Shown here piece by piece: positions 1 through 15,100 of a DNA stretch of 64,000 bases. A program made the position numbers and the translations under genes. Numbering within the stretch: position 1 is the first letter of the stretch; each line of letters opens with the position of its first letter. This DNA comes from Octopus vulgaris (lineage: Eukaryota): the NCBI GenBank assembly GCA_951406725.2, contig OX597836.1:20274001-20338000 (forward strand), in the 5' to 3' direction. The notes under the pieces are model-generated. The model did not search any database. It worked only from the letters and a program-made list of their open reading frames with translations, and had not been told where the DNA came from.

Positions 1-159
1 CTCTTCATCTTCATTGTTATCACCATCTTTATTGTTGTTATTGTTATTATTATTGTTGTTGTTATTTTTATTATTATAATTGGTCTTATCAGTCACCTGC
101 GGACTCACCAATAAATTTGTGCGAAGACCATCATCCTCGACCTTGAGGGATTGCCATAG

Positions 160-194
<35 letters not shown>

Positions 195-719
195 GTAGTA
201 GTAGTAGTAGTCTTATTATTGTTGTTGTTGTTGTTAATAAAGCAAGGTGGCAAGCTGGCAGAACTCTTGGCATGCTGATCAGAATACTTCACGGCATTTC
301 ATGCGTCTTTACGTTCTGAATTCAAATGTTGCCGCGGCCGACTTTGCCTTTCATCCTTTCGGGGTCAATAAAATAAGTACCATTTGATCCCTGGGGTTGA
401 TGCAATTGATTATCTACCCCTCTTCTAAAAAAATTCAGTCTTTGTGTCTGTAGTAGAAAGAATTATTATTAAAATAAGGCAGTGAGCTGGCTGAATAATT
501 TGCATGTTGGACAAAATGTTTAATAGCATTTCGTCCATCTTAACATTCTGAGTTCAAATACCGCCAGGGTCAACTTTGCCTTTCATCCTTTCAGAATCAA
601 TAAAATAAGTACCAGTTGAGTAATTGTATTGATGTAATCGACCTTCTCTCTCCTTGGAAATTGTTAGCCTTGTGCCAAAATTTGAAACCATTATTATTAT
701 TATTACTATTATTATTATT

Positions 720-1275
720 GAGTGAGAGAGCAGTGCATGCCATCAAAGTGACAATGGGGTAAAATATACGAAGTCCAGTATACCCATTATGACTACCCGT
801 CTGATAAGGGTACACAAGGCACATGCTTTACAACCATATGTGCGTGATATAGTGATCTCATATCAAGATAAACAGCGCATGACACCTTGCAGGTGGGGCG
901 CAGTCGGAATTTTCTTCTGGTCGAGTAACCCATCCCACTCAAAAGGTCCCTGAATAAGGATTGTTTAAGGATGTTGAACGAACCACCCATATTTCCAAAG
1001 GTGAATTATCCAAACCTCTAAGAATTCCTTTCAACACATGGCTATGATTCTCCCCCACAACTTCTGCTTGTGATCAGAGATGCACATATCGTCAGCCACT
1101 AAGGGACATGCTCAACTGGTTATGGTCAAACAACTGACAAGCAAATCTGTGGTATTGAGCAGAATATTTGCTGTAGCCCATCTTTTATATCAAGACGAAA
1201 CAATGTACATGATAACACTTCCAATCAGTTAAGATCAGGAGCTATGAGAGCTACTGTCTGGTATTGCATCAGGGC

Positions 1276-1278
<3 letters not shown>
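720..1278. mobile_element. Unclassified interspersed repeat embedded in (ATT)n
   Basis: Its left end recurs at ~38968-39075 and its right-end motif (gtactgcatcrgrgca) at ~8702-8790; flanked by ATT tracts. Confidence 0.55.
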
Positions 1279-1329
<51 letters not shown>

Positions 1330-1340
1330 CATTATCCTTA

Positions 1341-1391
<51 letters not shown>

Positions 1392-1516
1392 TTATTATCA
1401 TTATCCTTATTATTATTTTTATTATTATTATTATTATTATTATTTATTATTTTTATTATTATTATTATTTTTATTATTATTATTATTATTTATTATTATT
1501 TTTATTATTATTATTA

Positions 1517-1550
<34 letters not shown>
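1278..1550. repeat. (ATT)n microsatellite
   Basis: Seen directly; source of the poly-I/poly-Y ORFs. Confidence 0.97.
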
Positions 1551-1552
<2 letters not shown>

Positions 1553-1765
1553 GATGAAAACTCAGCTTATTTTGCTGGGTATGATGGAAAGTGTCAGCTG
1601 TCCACAGCCAGCAGACTAAGGTGACACTTGTTTAGTGATCATTCTTCAAGAACCCTGTGGAGAATCAGTAGCCAGCCTTAGATGATATGAATATGATATT
1701 GCAGTACCAGTAATGTTATTGTTTTCCTAAAAACTCTTTAACTTTGTTTGCTTTATTCTTTGCAG

Positions 1766-1894
1766 CCTTTAACACACCATGCCAGTTCCCTAACCGAACA
1801 TGTGGCAATGATTCCCTCACGTGTATTACACCAGACAAGTTGTGTGATGGCATATTCGATTGCGCAGACAAATCAGATGAAGGAGGCGAATGTG
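1766..1894 (+). CDS. LRP1: LRP1 window exon 1, LDLa (last of cluster II)
   Basis: tgcag|...|gttagt; [38 protein letters not shown]. Confidence 0.9.
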
Positions 1895-1934
1895 GTTAGT
1901 AGATAGAAACTTATGTATGTGCATGTGTTGTAGT

Positions 1935-1966
<32 letters not shown>

Positions 1967-4900
1967 GCAATGCCATGCCGCGTGTGTACCGTTGGCGATT
2001 TTTTTTTCCTCTGTCTTCCCTTCTCTGGATCTTTCCTCCTCCTATGTTTCCGACGAAGAGCTCTTCCCTTCTTTCCTGAGAGTCCAATAATACTATATTT
2101 GTTCCACCTCCTCGCGTTGTTGTGTTTTTTTGTGCTTTCTTGTTTGGATTAACTATATATATATAGATATATATATATATAAATATAATCCAATATTAAG
2201 GAATGGAGTAGATAAAATCCAGGCTAGATATGTTTCATAGCTTGCAGAACCTCTGCTAGCTACGAAACATGTGTAGCCTAGAATTTTATCAACTCCATTC
2301 CCTAATTTAGGACTCTTGTTCACATACACAACACCTTGATCCTTGGCTCTTACCTTTACACACACACGCATACACACACACACACACACACACACACGTA
2401 TAGTAGAGATTTATGTCTCTAGTAGCTACGTCACATAAAAAGCTCCAACCAATCATGGCCGTTGCCAGCCTCGCCTGGCATGTAAAAAGCACCCACTACA
2501 CTCATGGAGTGGCTGGCATTAGGAAGGGCATCCAGCTGTAGAAACACTGACAGATCATACTGGAGCCTGGCTTCCCAGACACCAGTCGAACCGTCCAACT
2601 CATGCTAGCATGGAAAACGGACATTAAATGATGATGATGATATATAAACATGTACAAGCACACATTAGATTTCGGCTTCACATTACCTAGAGGTCAATAC
2701 CAATGTTTGACTCCAGGTTGTCAAATAAACCTATGATCAAAAACAATCCAACAGTGACCATCATCAATTTTTCAGATATAGTGTATTTAGGACTACATTA
2801 TTAAATGTTTCTGTTGTTTGAAATGAGGGGGTATGACTTGAAGGGAGTTTTGTTGCTATTTCTAGCAGGTTGAATAACCATATAGTATCCTCTCAATACT
2901 ACTACTACCGCCACTACTACTACTACAATACATATTCTAAGAATTCTTCAAGTGTGTTATTCCTGTTTGTAATTAACAAGTTTTATGATTTTTGTTTCAG
3001 GTGTTGACGAGTGTTCTTCTGGCGTCTGTAGCCACACCTGTGTTCCTACACCAACGGGCTTCATCTGCCTATGTCCACCACACAAGAAACTACTTCCTGA
3101 CATGAAAACATGTGCTGGTAATTTATATTCTCTCAGTTTTTGTTTGTTGGTTTTTGTTTTAAGCTGTTGAGTTGATGATGTTGATTAACTCGTTAGCATC
3201 TAAATTGGCCCTATCAGGCCAGTATATTCTGCCTGTTTTATGTTCAAACTGGCCGGATCTGGCCTTTTACATCAATCCTACATTGTCAAACAATCGCAGG
3301 CGTAGGAGTGGCTGTGTGGTAAGTAGCTTGCTTACGAACCACATGGTTCCGGGTTCAGTTCCACTACGTGGCACCTTGGGCAAGTGTCATCTACTATAGC
3401 CTCGGGCCGACCAAAGCCTTGTGAGTGGATTTGGTAGACGGAAACTGAAAGAAGCCCGTCGTATATATGTATATATATATGTGTGTGTGTGTGTATGTTT
3501 GTGTGTCTGTGTTTGTCCCCCTAGCATTGCTTGACAACCGATGCTGGTGTGTTTACGTCCCCGTAACTTAGCGGTTCAGCAAAAGAGACCGATAGAATAA
3601 GTACTAGGCTTACAAAGTATAAGTCCTGGGGTCGATTTGCTCGACTAAAGGCAGTGCTCCAGCATGGCCACAGTCATGTGACTGAAACAAGTAAAGAGTA
3701 TAGAAATCTTGTAGTTACAGGATAATGCATAATTAATTGAAAACAATATTAATAAATAAGCATTACATTTGACAAAGTAATCTAAATGCTAAAGGGTTAA
3801 AATTACTGAGCTAATTGTAAAAGAAACATAAAAAAATGTTATATTTTGTTTCTATCTACATTTGCTTAATTAAACTAATTATGTTTATTAATTATTTTAA
3901 CTAGAATTAAATGTATGTGACCAGTGGGGCATCTGCAGTCAGAACTGTACTCCTGGTCCTGACAAGTCATTCAAATGTTCCTGTTTCCCCGGATATTCTG
4001 TCAGTCCCGATGGAAGCACCTGCATTCCAGATGGTAAGTCGAAGAATTTCCACTTCATTTGAAAATTATTTCCACCATTGAAAAATAAATAAAAAATAAG
4101 GAATATTTTTGTCCAAATTCATTGGAATTTTAGATTTATCAGTAGATGCAGGTATGGCTGTGTGGTTGCGAAGTTTGCTTCGGAACCATGTGAGTTTAGG
4201 TTCAATATCACTGCATGACACTTTGTGCAAATATCTTCTACCCTAGCTTCAGGATGATCAATGCTTTGTGAATGAAATTTGGTAGGTGGAAATTGTATGG
4301 CTCTTTTTGTGTATGATATGTGAATGCATTTGTGTGTTGGTTTCTGCATTCTTTACATTGGCACCACATGGACATTGGTGATGTTATTTATGCCTTGCAT
4401 AAACTGTCCCATAGTCGTTTGGTATAGGAAGGCTTGGACTGAAGTGGCTTACTTGAAGACAAGCAATGGCTATTGTCAGGAAGAGCATCCAACCAAAGAA
4501 TATTGTCATATCCAGGTCAGCATCAAAAGATGAAGACATAATAATGACACTGGCTGTTTGGAAGGTTTTAATTTAGATCACTTTAAAGCAAAAAGGTTAT
4601 ATCATAGAACCTGGGGTAGCCACAGACGGGTTGGTATCAAAAGGGTTTTTAATCTAATAGAGACTTTTTCTTTTATTTTACAAATTATTTACTTTTTTAT
4701 ATAAATTTACATTTTCTATTTTTTTTAGTAATTTTTAAATTACTCTGTAATTTATATTTTAATTTCTTTTAAGATTATTTTAAAAAATTCATAAATTTAT
4801 TTTACTTTTTAAATTTTATTAAAATTTTACAATACAAGCATGACAGGGAAAGGAATTGTTAAAAACAGATTTCAATGCCTTTGTGGTTTTATATTTATTT

Positions 4901-7900
4901 AATTTCTTTTCTGCCTTTTGCATTTTTTTCAGATGTCGATCCAGTCTATCTTCTTTTCTCTAACCAACACGAAGTGCGTCAAATGGATGTTCGTACCAAA
5001 ATGACAATTTCCTTATTGTCAGGTTTACACAGCACCATAGCATTAGACTTTCATTATCGTCAGAAGCTTGTCTTTTGGTCGGATGTTATTGATGATGTCA
5101 TATATTCCGGTCACATGGATTCTAATTGTAAGTTGTATATAAACACCCCGATAACCCTCTCATTACCATATTTCTGCTGAAATATGCTCTTTTTATTTAA
5201 ATTATTTTCTAAATTAATCACGAATTTAGTAAAATCATTTGGACATTTATTAAGCTGGTGGAAGGCAGTGAGATGGCAGACTTGTTAGCATGGCAGGCAA
5301 AATGCTTAGTGGCATTTCATCTGTCTTTATGTTCTGAGTTCAAATACTGCCTGGGTCGACTTTGCTTTTCATCCTTTCAGTTAGGGTCGATAAAATAAGT
5401 ACCAGTGAAGCACTGGTTCTTAGCCCCTCTCCTGAATCTTGACCTTGTGCCAAAATTTGAAACCAATATTCTAATCTCTCTTTGTTATCATTTTCTGGAA
5501 AAAGACAAAAATAAATCGTTCCTCATTTATGTATTTTGTTTATAAATTTCTTTTGTTTTAGCCATCATGAACACTCAAGCTATTGTGAGCATTGGGCTTC
5601 GAAGCACTGAAGGTCTGGCTGTGGATTGGATTGCTGACAATGTCTACTGGGTAGAGAGTAATATGGATCAGATTGAAGTGGCCAAATTAGATGGTAGAAT
5701 GAGAACGTCCTTGCTGGCTGGAAACATTAATAGTCCACGGGCTATTGTGTTGGACCCTCGAGAAGGGTAAGTGAAACGGTTTTAATTAAAAATTGTGCTG
5801 AAGCGCTCAGAGAAGAGATTTATTTTATCATTTTCATTCTGAAATTAGAATTGGTAAAACAAAATACATTGGGTATTTTTTTTACATACCTTAACAGTTG
5901 ATATAATTGCTTCTATCATTTCTCCATAGTACATGGCCTTTATTAAAAATTTTATTATTATTATTATTACTACTACTACTACTACTACAAGAAGAAGAAG
6001 AAGAAGAAGAAGAATTGAAGAAGAATTGAAGAATTGAAGAAGAATTGAAGAAGAAGAAGAAGAAGAAGAATTGAAGAAGAAGAATTGAAGAATTGAAGAA
6101 GAAGAATTGAAGAATTGAAGAAGAAGAATTGAAGAATTGAAGATGAAGAAGAAGAATTGAAGAAGAAGAATTGAAGAATTGAAGAAGAAGAATTGAAGAA
6201 GAAGAATTGAAGAATTGAAGAAGAAGAATTGAAGAAGAAGAATTGAAGAATTGAAGAAGAAGAATTGAAGAAGAAGAAGAAGAATTGAAGAATTGAAGAA
6301 GAAGAATTGAAGAAGAAGAATTGAAGAATTGAAGAAGAATTGAAGAAGAAGAATTGAAGAATTGAAGAAGAAGAATTGAAGAAGAAGAAGAAGAAGAATT
6401 GAAGAAGAAGAAGAAGAAGAATGAATTGAAGAAGAAGAAGAAGAATTGAAGAAGAAGAAGAAGAAGAAGAATTGAAGAATTGAAGAAGAAGAATTGAAGA
6501 AGAAGAATTGAAGAATTGAAGAAGAAGAATTGAAGAATTGAAGAAGAAGAATTGAAGAAGAAGAAGAATTGAAGAAGAAGAATTGAAGAATTGAAGAAGA
6601 AGAAGAAGAAGAAGAAGAAGAATTGAAGAAGAAGAAGAAGAATTGAAGAAGAAGAAGAAGAATAATTGAAGAAGAAGAAGAAGAAGAAGAAGAAGAAGAA
6701 GAAGAAGAAGAAGAATTGAAGAATTGAAGAAGAAGAATTGAAGAAGAAGAATTGAAGAATTGAAGAAGAAGAATTGAAGAAGAAGAAGAAGAATTGAAGA
6801 AGAAGAATTGAAGAAGAAGAATTGAAGAAGAATTGAAGAATTGAAGAAGAAGAATTGAAGAATTGAAGAAGAAGAATTGAAGAAGAAGAATTGAAGAATT
6901 GAAGAAGAAGAATTGAAGAATTGAAGAAGAAGAATTGAAGAAGAAGAATTGAAGAATTGAAGAAGAAGAATTGAAGAATTGAAGAAGAAGAAGAAGAAGA
7001 AGAATTGAAGAAGAAGAAGAAGAATTGAAGAAGAAGAAGAAGTATTGAAGAAGAAGAAGAAGAAGAAGAATTGAAGAAGAAGAATTGAAGAAGAAGAAGA
7101 AGAATTGAAGAAGAAGAAGAAGAATTGAAGAAGAAGAATTGAAGAAGAAGAAGAAGAATTGAAGAAGAAGAATTGAAGAAGAAGAAGAAGAATTGAAGAA
7201 GAAGAATTGAAGAAGAAGAAGAAGAATTGAAGAAGAAGAATTGAAGAAGAAGAAGACTCGTCTTGAAACCATTATTTTCCCTTTTTATTAGCTACTTGTT
7301 CATGATTACCATCATCTCCATTTTCCATACTAGCATGGGTTAGACGGTTGGAATGGAATTGGTAAGCCAGAGAGCTGCACCATGCCTGAAATTTTTGGGG
7401 AGGGAGATAGTCGATCACATTAACCCAAGTACTTGATTGGTGCTTTATTTTTCAACCCCAAAAGGATGAAAGGTGAAGTTGACCTCAGCGGAATTTGAAC
7501 TCAGAATGTAAGGACACTAATAATAATAATAATAATAGCAGAAATGTAGTCACATTACATTCTTTGCAGATGCTGACTGCTTTTGAATTTCCAAATTCTC
7601 ATTCTGTGTCTCTTTCTTCATTTTCTTTCAGGTCTTTATTTTGGACTGATTGGGATGGTGTGATGCCTCGAATTGAAATGTGTTCTATGAGTGGACGGAA
7701 TAGGAGAACCATTTTTAATATCAGTTCTATCGTGGGAGGCGGCTGGCCAAATGGTTTGGCTATTGATTATGAATTCCGGAGATTGTTTTGGGTAGATGCC
7801 AGGTAAGCACAACGAAACACAATACAACCTAACTGTTAGTCAATTAGAAAACCTGTGTCTGGTATGCTGGTTCCTTGAGAAAGGTATGAATGTTGCAAAA

Positions 7901-10900
7901 TCTCATTTTGTTTACAGTAATACTTAGTTGTCATACGAGTGAATATTACCTGGATGTATATACCATACTTTTGTTAATTGTTTTAGGTGCCAAGAGAACT
8001 CTCTTGACTCAGCAGAACTTTAAAGATTTGACAGCCAGAATAGACTGGACTTATGTCAAATGTAGTGCCCTGCTTAAGGATATATATAACACAGTACTGA
8101 ATACAAGAAGTGAATCCATGACATTACAAGCCCAACACCCACCCACAATCACACGTGTATGAGGGAGTAACCAAAAGTAACCGGAAACATTTTCTGTGGA
8201 ACAAGCCGGTTGTAGTTCAGACTTATGCTGCTTGAAGCCACTTGATGCAACCTTCAGGCATCAGTCTGCCAACCAGCATTGTCTAGTGGAGTCATGGTGC
8301 ATTTTTGTTTTGCAGTGCTTCTCCCCTGTTCGTCAATTTTTGCGATGGCTGAAACAAAGGAACAGCGTGCTTCTGTGAAATTCTGTTTTCTGTTAATGGT
8401 CGAAACAGATGTCATGCTTCAAACGGGTCGCAAAACTGTTGCCATGAGCAAAACACAAGTTTATGAGTGATTTTCACACTTTATGAATGGCCACTTGTTG
8501 CTTGAAGACCAACCTCATTCAGGGTGACCATCAAATGAAAACATCATGAAAATTCATGAACTGATGTTGGAAGACTGTCGCTGAACAATCTGCAAACTTG
8601 TTGATACAACTGGTGTATTCTGGAGCTCCTGCCAACGAATTTTGTGCAAGAGACTGCAAATGAAAAGAGTTGCAGCAAAATTTGCACCTCACTTGCTCAC
8701 CGTACTGCATCGGGGCAATTATACTGCTGCTGCATCATCGTTGTCATTGGCAGGGGTCGGGGGTTCAATTATGGTACTGCATCAGAGCAGTTATACTGTA
8801 TCATCATCATTATTATTCTGTAGGTTTATTTTTATTATTTGCTTCCGCTGCACTACCAAGCACAGCTCTGTGTGCTGTGGTTTGTTTTGGTGGTGTTATT
8901 TTCACTGTATTGAAAGTGCTTTCCATAGGATGTGTGCAGTGCCTAGTAGTGCTATTTCCTGTATGTTATATTTATAAGTCCTGGTGTTTTGGTTATGTAT
9001 CTATCTCTTTTACTCTTTTTTTCCTCTTTTACTTGTTTCAGTCATTTGACTGCGGCCATGCTGGAGCACCACCTTTAGTCGAGCAAATCGACCCCAGGAC
9101 TTATTCTTTGTGAGCCCAGTACTTATTCTATCGGTCTCTTTTGCCGAACCGCTAAGTAATGGGGACATAAGCACACCAGCATCGGTTGTCAAGCAATGCT
9201 AGGGGGACAAACACAGACACACAAACATACACACACACACACATATATATATACATATATACGACGGGCTTCTTTCAGTTTCCGTCTACCAAATCCACTC
9301 ACAAGGCTTTGGTCGGCCCGAGGCTATAGTAGAAGACACTTGCCCAAGGTGCCACGCAGTGGGACTGAACCCTGAACCATGTGGTTGGTAAACAAGCTAC
9401 TTACCACACAGCCACTCCTGCGCCTATATATGTTTTTTACTGAAACCTGATGTACCTATTGTTATAGGGATTGTTTCTGTTCCAAGGCCCTCATTTGGGT
9501 TATCTTTATTTCCAAATCTTTATATTCTGAGTGTTTCTCTGTTTCTTTTAGAGATACAGTGTCAGCTGTTGTGATTGATATGTTTATTAGAAGGCATTTT
9601 TTTCCGTAATGATCTCTGACAGCTATATCCAGTCTATTAACCTTCATAGCATTATCATGAATGTTGTTGTTTTAAAATTTGAAAAAGAACCCTTTTTTTC
9701 ATGTTCAAGGTCTGATTCAATCCACACGATTACATACGATGGCCATGACCTGAGAATGGTTCTGAAGGATCATGTTAACTTGGGTCACCCGTTTGCAATA
9801 ACTTTATTTGGAGACAACTTATACTGGACCGACTGGCGATCTAACAATGTGTTTTCAGTAAGTCTTTGATATTATTATTATTATTATTTACTCTTATTAA
9901 GGTGGTGACCTGGCAGAATCTTTAGCATGCTGGGCAAAATGTTTAACAGCGTTCTGAGTTCAAATTCCACCAGGGCTCACGTTGCCTTTCATTCTTTCGG
10001 ATCAATAAATTAAGTACCAGTTGCATACTGGGGTCGATCTAATCAACCACCCCAACTCCAAATTTCAGACCTTGTGCCTGTAGTAGAAAGGATTATTTTT
10101 TTTTGTTTCTTTTCTTGTTATATTTACCCCCTCACCACTCCTATTTTGATATATAATAAATAAATATATATATATATATATTATAGATAAAGGGTGAAAT
10201 ATAACTAATTTAATAAAATCAACAAATTTCACCTTGTAGTCTTTCGGTATGGAAAAGGACCATATTCGGTAAAAGTTTATATAATTATAACAATAAGAGT
10301 CTTTACAACAAGTTGCTTGACCACATACCGAAAATTTTAGAAGTTATAATTATATATATAATAAATACATATATCTCTCTCTATATAAACGGCAGTTTGT
10401 CTGTGCGTGTTTCTGTGTGTCTGTTTGCTTGTACCTTCACCCTGACCACGGCTTTCAACCGATTCTTATGAAACTTGACACACACATAGCCCAATGTCAT
10501 AATTCAAAACTAACGCAGCGAAAATTTTGAAAAGTTCCCCCAGTTCTGAAAAAAATCGATAAATTCGACATGGGGTCCAGAATCAGAAACACAAACTGTC
10601 TACGGGATGCAACTCCACCTTTTTTAACTAAAAAAAAATTTACCATCATTTTTTCCCATTTTTTTGCTATTTTTTGGCTATAACTCTCTAAAAATGCTTT
10701 ATAGTTATTTCCCTTACAAACCTGAGCAACGCCGGGCGATACTGCTAGTTATTAATATTACATAAAAACTTTCTCTTACAGACCAACAAATTCCATGGAA
10801 AGAATACCACAATTATTCAGAGAACTGTGACGCAGCCTTTTGACATTCATATTTTCCATCCTAAAAGACAGCCATGGGGTGAGATATTTTAATACTTTTT

Positions 10901-12030
10901 CAACCTGCTTCCTTTTACATGATGCACATCTAGGGATACGTTGTTATTTTATGCTAATAAATCTTTGTTTTACATCCTCTTCTTTCCATGCTTGCATGTG
11001 TTTGATGAATGTTCATATAATCCATGCTAGTTGACAAATATAGTGTTACACAATCTTAATGAGTCTTTGTTTCTACAGCCACGTACCCTTCCTGTCTCTA
11101 ACCCTTACCTGGTTTTGAAGGTATCCCTCTCTCTCTTTTGGAGAGGCACTGAGCGGCTATGCGCACACATACACACACGGCAGTAACTTCCACCTACCGA
11201 ATTCAATCACAAAGCTTTGGTTGGCTCAGGGCTATAGTAGAAGACACCTACCCAAAGTGCCACGCAGTGGGACTGAACCCGAAACTATGTAGCTAGGAAG
11301 CAAGCTCCCTAACCACACAGCCATGAATTGAGCAAATTTTGACCGAAGAGCAAACAACAATGCTGCTGGTCGGTTTCAACCTTCATTGAAGCAAGTGCAA
11401 ATGAAACAAACGCATGCATACACACACACACAAACTTAATAGGCACCTTTCAGTTTCCATTTCCCAAATCCACCCACAAGGCTTTTGTTGGGCCCAAGAC
11501 TATAATAGAGGGCACTTGCCCAAGTTGCAATGCAGTAGGATTGAACCCAAGACCTCATTGTTGGGAAGCAAACTTCTTAACTACACAACCACGCCTATGC
11601 TTATGATGCCAGTAATTCATACACATACTTGTGTATAGAAACATGTACACACATATTCTGGGTTCAATCCCAGTATGTTTCACTTTGGGCAAGTGTCTTC
11701 TACTTGTGTCCCAGGCTGACCAAAGCCTTGTGAGTGGATATGGCAGATGGAAATAGAAAAAAACCCATTGTGTGTGCATGTGTGTTCGTGCATATATTTA
11801 TATATGCATGTATATATATATGTATGGATGTATATATACGTATGCATGTATATATATGTATGTATGTCTATATATATATATATATATATATCAACAATTG
11901 AGGGTAAAATTAATTAATTAATCAAGAGGTTTTCTTTAAGTATTGGAAATAGTTTTATAAAAAGTTTTTTTAGCTGCTATTTCTAACGAGTTCAGTATGC
12001 GGCAAAGTAATTTATTTTACTAAGCCCTTT

Positions 12031-12100
<70 letters not shown>

Positions 12101-12121
12101 GTGTGTGTGTGTGCGTGTATG

Positions 12122-12153
<32 letters not shown>

Positions 12154-15100
12154 CGTGTATGTATATATATATATATATATGCGTGTGTGTGTGTGTATGT
12201 ATATATATGTATGTGTATATATATATATATGTGTGTGTATGTTTTTATCTCCTTGTTTTGACTCCACTCACTGATCAACTGATTTTTAAGAAGTCACTGT
12301 TTATACAAAACAACATCATTTGTTTGAAATCTTTTGTGATATCATAACCATGTCGAAAGGACTTGGGAGAAATATTACCTTGCTTCAAAACTGTTAAGGG
12401 TTAATGACATAAAGAGTATCTGGCCATAGAGAATCTAACCTTACTTTAAATTTCCCTTGACCCATGCAGGCATGGAAAATTGCGCATTAAAAGGATGCTG
12501 GCTATGTCTATAGGCACATGTGATTTCAACCTTCGTTTGTCTTGAAAATGTTAGATGCTCGACAACTAGAGAAAGCAGTGACTCATCTCCCTGCCCGCAA
12601 TATATAGAATAATAGTGCCAGAACAGGTGCTGATGTCGCAAATAGGATGAGGTTGGTGGTGGCAGTGGTGGCGGTTGCTGCTGCTGCTTGTTTGTTTGTT
12701 TGTTTGTTGAGCGAAGTGGTCTTCATCCCAGTGAGAGAAGTTCAAAATGTGGTCCTTTGCTATTCGTAAGTCCCGCAGAAGAGAAAGCAGGTGAACCCCC
12801 GACACAGAGAGCATCGACGGATGGATGAATGTGCATCCAGGCTCAGCGGTTGCGTAGGAAGTCGGGGACAAGAAACAGGAAGAAAGAGTGAGAGAAAGTT
12901 GGGGCGAAAGAGTACAGCAGGGGTCGCCACCACCCCCTGCCGGAGCCTCGTAGAGCTTTAGGTGTTTTCGTTCAATACACACACAACGCCTGGTCTGGGA
13001 ATCGAAACCGTGATCCTCCGACCGCGAGTTCGCTGCCCTAACCATTGGGCCATTGCGCCTCCACTTGCTGCTGCTGCTATATCTTAGACATTCAGATGTT
13101 TAAATGGCTGACTAGTGAGTTTAATCACCGATTAAAAACCATTAATTTCTGTTGAGAGGCATAAATTAATCATTAAAAACTTATTCTTAATTGCAGGGAA
13201 GAACCCATGTGCTAACAAAAACGGGGGCTGCTCTCATTTGTGTCTTATTGATCATGATGGCAAATTTGGTTGCAAATGCCCTTATCTTAAAAAATTGGGC
13301 ACTGACAACAAAACATGTGAAGGTAAGTTGTTATTTATTTGAGGGTTTTTGTCTTTTTTTTTTTATGTAATTACATTCTTTAAATTAACCAGTTTTAATA
13401 ATGACAAAATTATTACACTAAATTCTTCATTATTTTCAAAATTGATTGAAACAAAGGTTTGTATTTCAACAAATATGGTAACAAAAGGATTAAAGTGATC
13501 TAAATTAAAGCCGCCTTACATCAAAATTTCATGCTAATTTATGTTCCGAACACCAAGTTAGTAATGACAAAAATACTAAATTCATCATCATCATCATCGT
13601 TTAACATCTGCTTTCCATGCTAGCATGGGTTGGACGATTTTGACTGAGGGCTGGCAAACCAGATGGCTGCACCAGGTTCCAATCTTGATCTAGCAGAGTT
13701 TCTACAGCTGGATGCCCTTCCTAACGCCAACCACTCTGAGAGTGTAGTGGGTGCTTTTTACGTGCCACCGGCACGGGGGCCAGACAGGCGGTACTGGCAA
13801 TGACCTTGCTTGAATCTTTTAAACATGCCACCGGCACAGGTGCCAGTAAGGCGATGCTGGTAATGATCACGCTCGAATAGTGTCTTTTACATGCCACCAG
13901 CACGGGGGCCAAACAGGCGGTACTGGCAATGATTTCACTCGAATCTTTTTACACGTGCCAGTGAAGCGACGTTGGTAACGGAAATTAATGGAAGCCAAAG
14001 CCAATGTATTTTAACAGAAATATTATAAGAAAAGTGTTAAATATTGTATGACTCCATCAGTCTATGTTCTTTAACTCAAGTGGGACCACCCCTGGTTCTG
14101 TGACACAGATGTCCTGTTTTAAACTGATCAAAATTAAAACCATCAAAATTTCATGTTAATTTATGTTACAAACGCCAGCTTAATGAAGACATTTAACAAA
14201 ATTCTTCTTTATTTTCAAAATTAATTAAAAGAAAAGCAACATATTTCAGCAGAAATATGGTAAGAAAAGGGTTAATAAGTTGATTTGTGGGGTTAAATTT
14301 TTTTTTGCTTACATGTCACCATTTGCATATTTCTTTTACAGACATCCAAGACTTCTTAATATTTGGATCAGCTAACGCAATTCTTGGCGTTCAACTTGAA
14401 GATGCCCACTACAATGTAATGCCTGCAATTACTGTTACTCATGTGAACACACCATCTGCGGTTGATTTTTATGTGAAAAACCAACAGATTTATTGGGCTG
14501 ATAAATTCCTTAATGTAATCAGTAGTGCCAATGTGTCAGGTTCTGGCTTACCATCAGTTATCATCTCTGGTAAGTTCTGATATTTGATTGGCAGTCAGTG
14601 TATCTCTAACTCTCTGTTTGTCCACTTTGCCAAGGGAGTTAATAAATCTAATAAGATTACTAATCTTATCAGATTTATCTCTCTTGGTTACTGTGTATTA
14701 AGTAATGTGCTACATGTCATATGACAGGTATTGTTGCAATTAATTGATCGTTAAACAGTATTACTGTTTATGCTGACTTATTTATTGCAAATATGGAAAT
14801 GAGAAATATGTTTATTATTTCGGAAATTAGCATTCAATTTGTTAGAACCATCAAATTTGAAAAACTGAAATTATAATTATTGTTCCTATGTAACATTTAG
14901 CTAATTCCATCTAGTCCTTGTAAACAGGAAAATTAATATTAAAATAGCAGTGGCGTTGATAATACATGTTATAACATTGTCTTTGTTAACATCTTCCTCT
15001 TTAAATATTTCTAGGTCTGGAGAATCCTGAAGGTTTTGCTGTTGACTGGCTGTCTGGCAACATGTACTTCACCACCTATGGTCGATCCTCTGGCACTATC

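Noticed and set aside
5845-7272. 475-aa minus-strand ORF
   Set aside because: Translation of (TTC)n repeat.
10225-10275. Possible minus-strand hammerhead (CCGAATA...GAAA)
   Set aside because: Core and cleavage triplet too degenerate.
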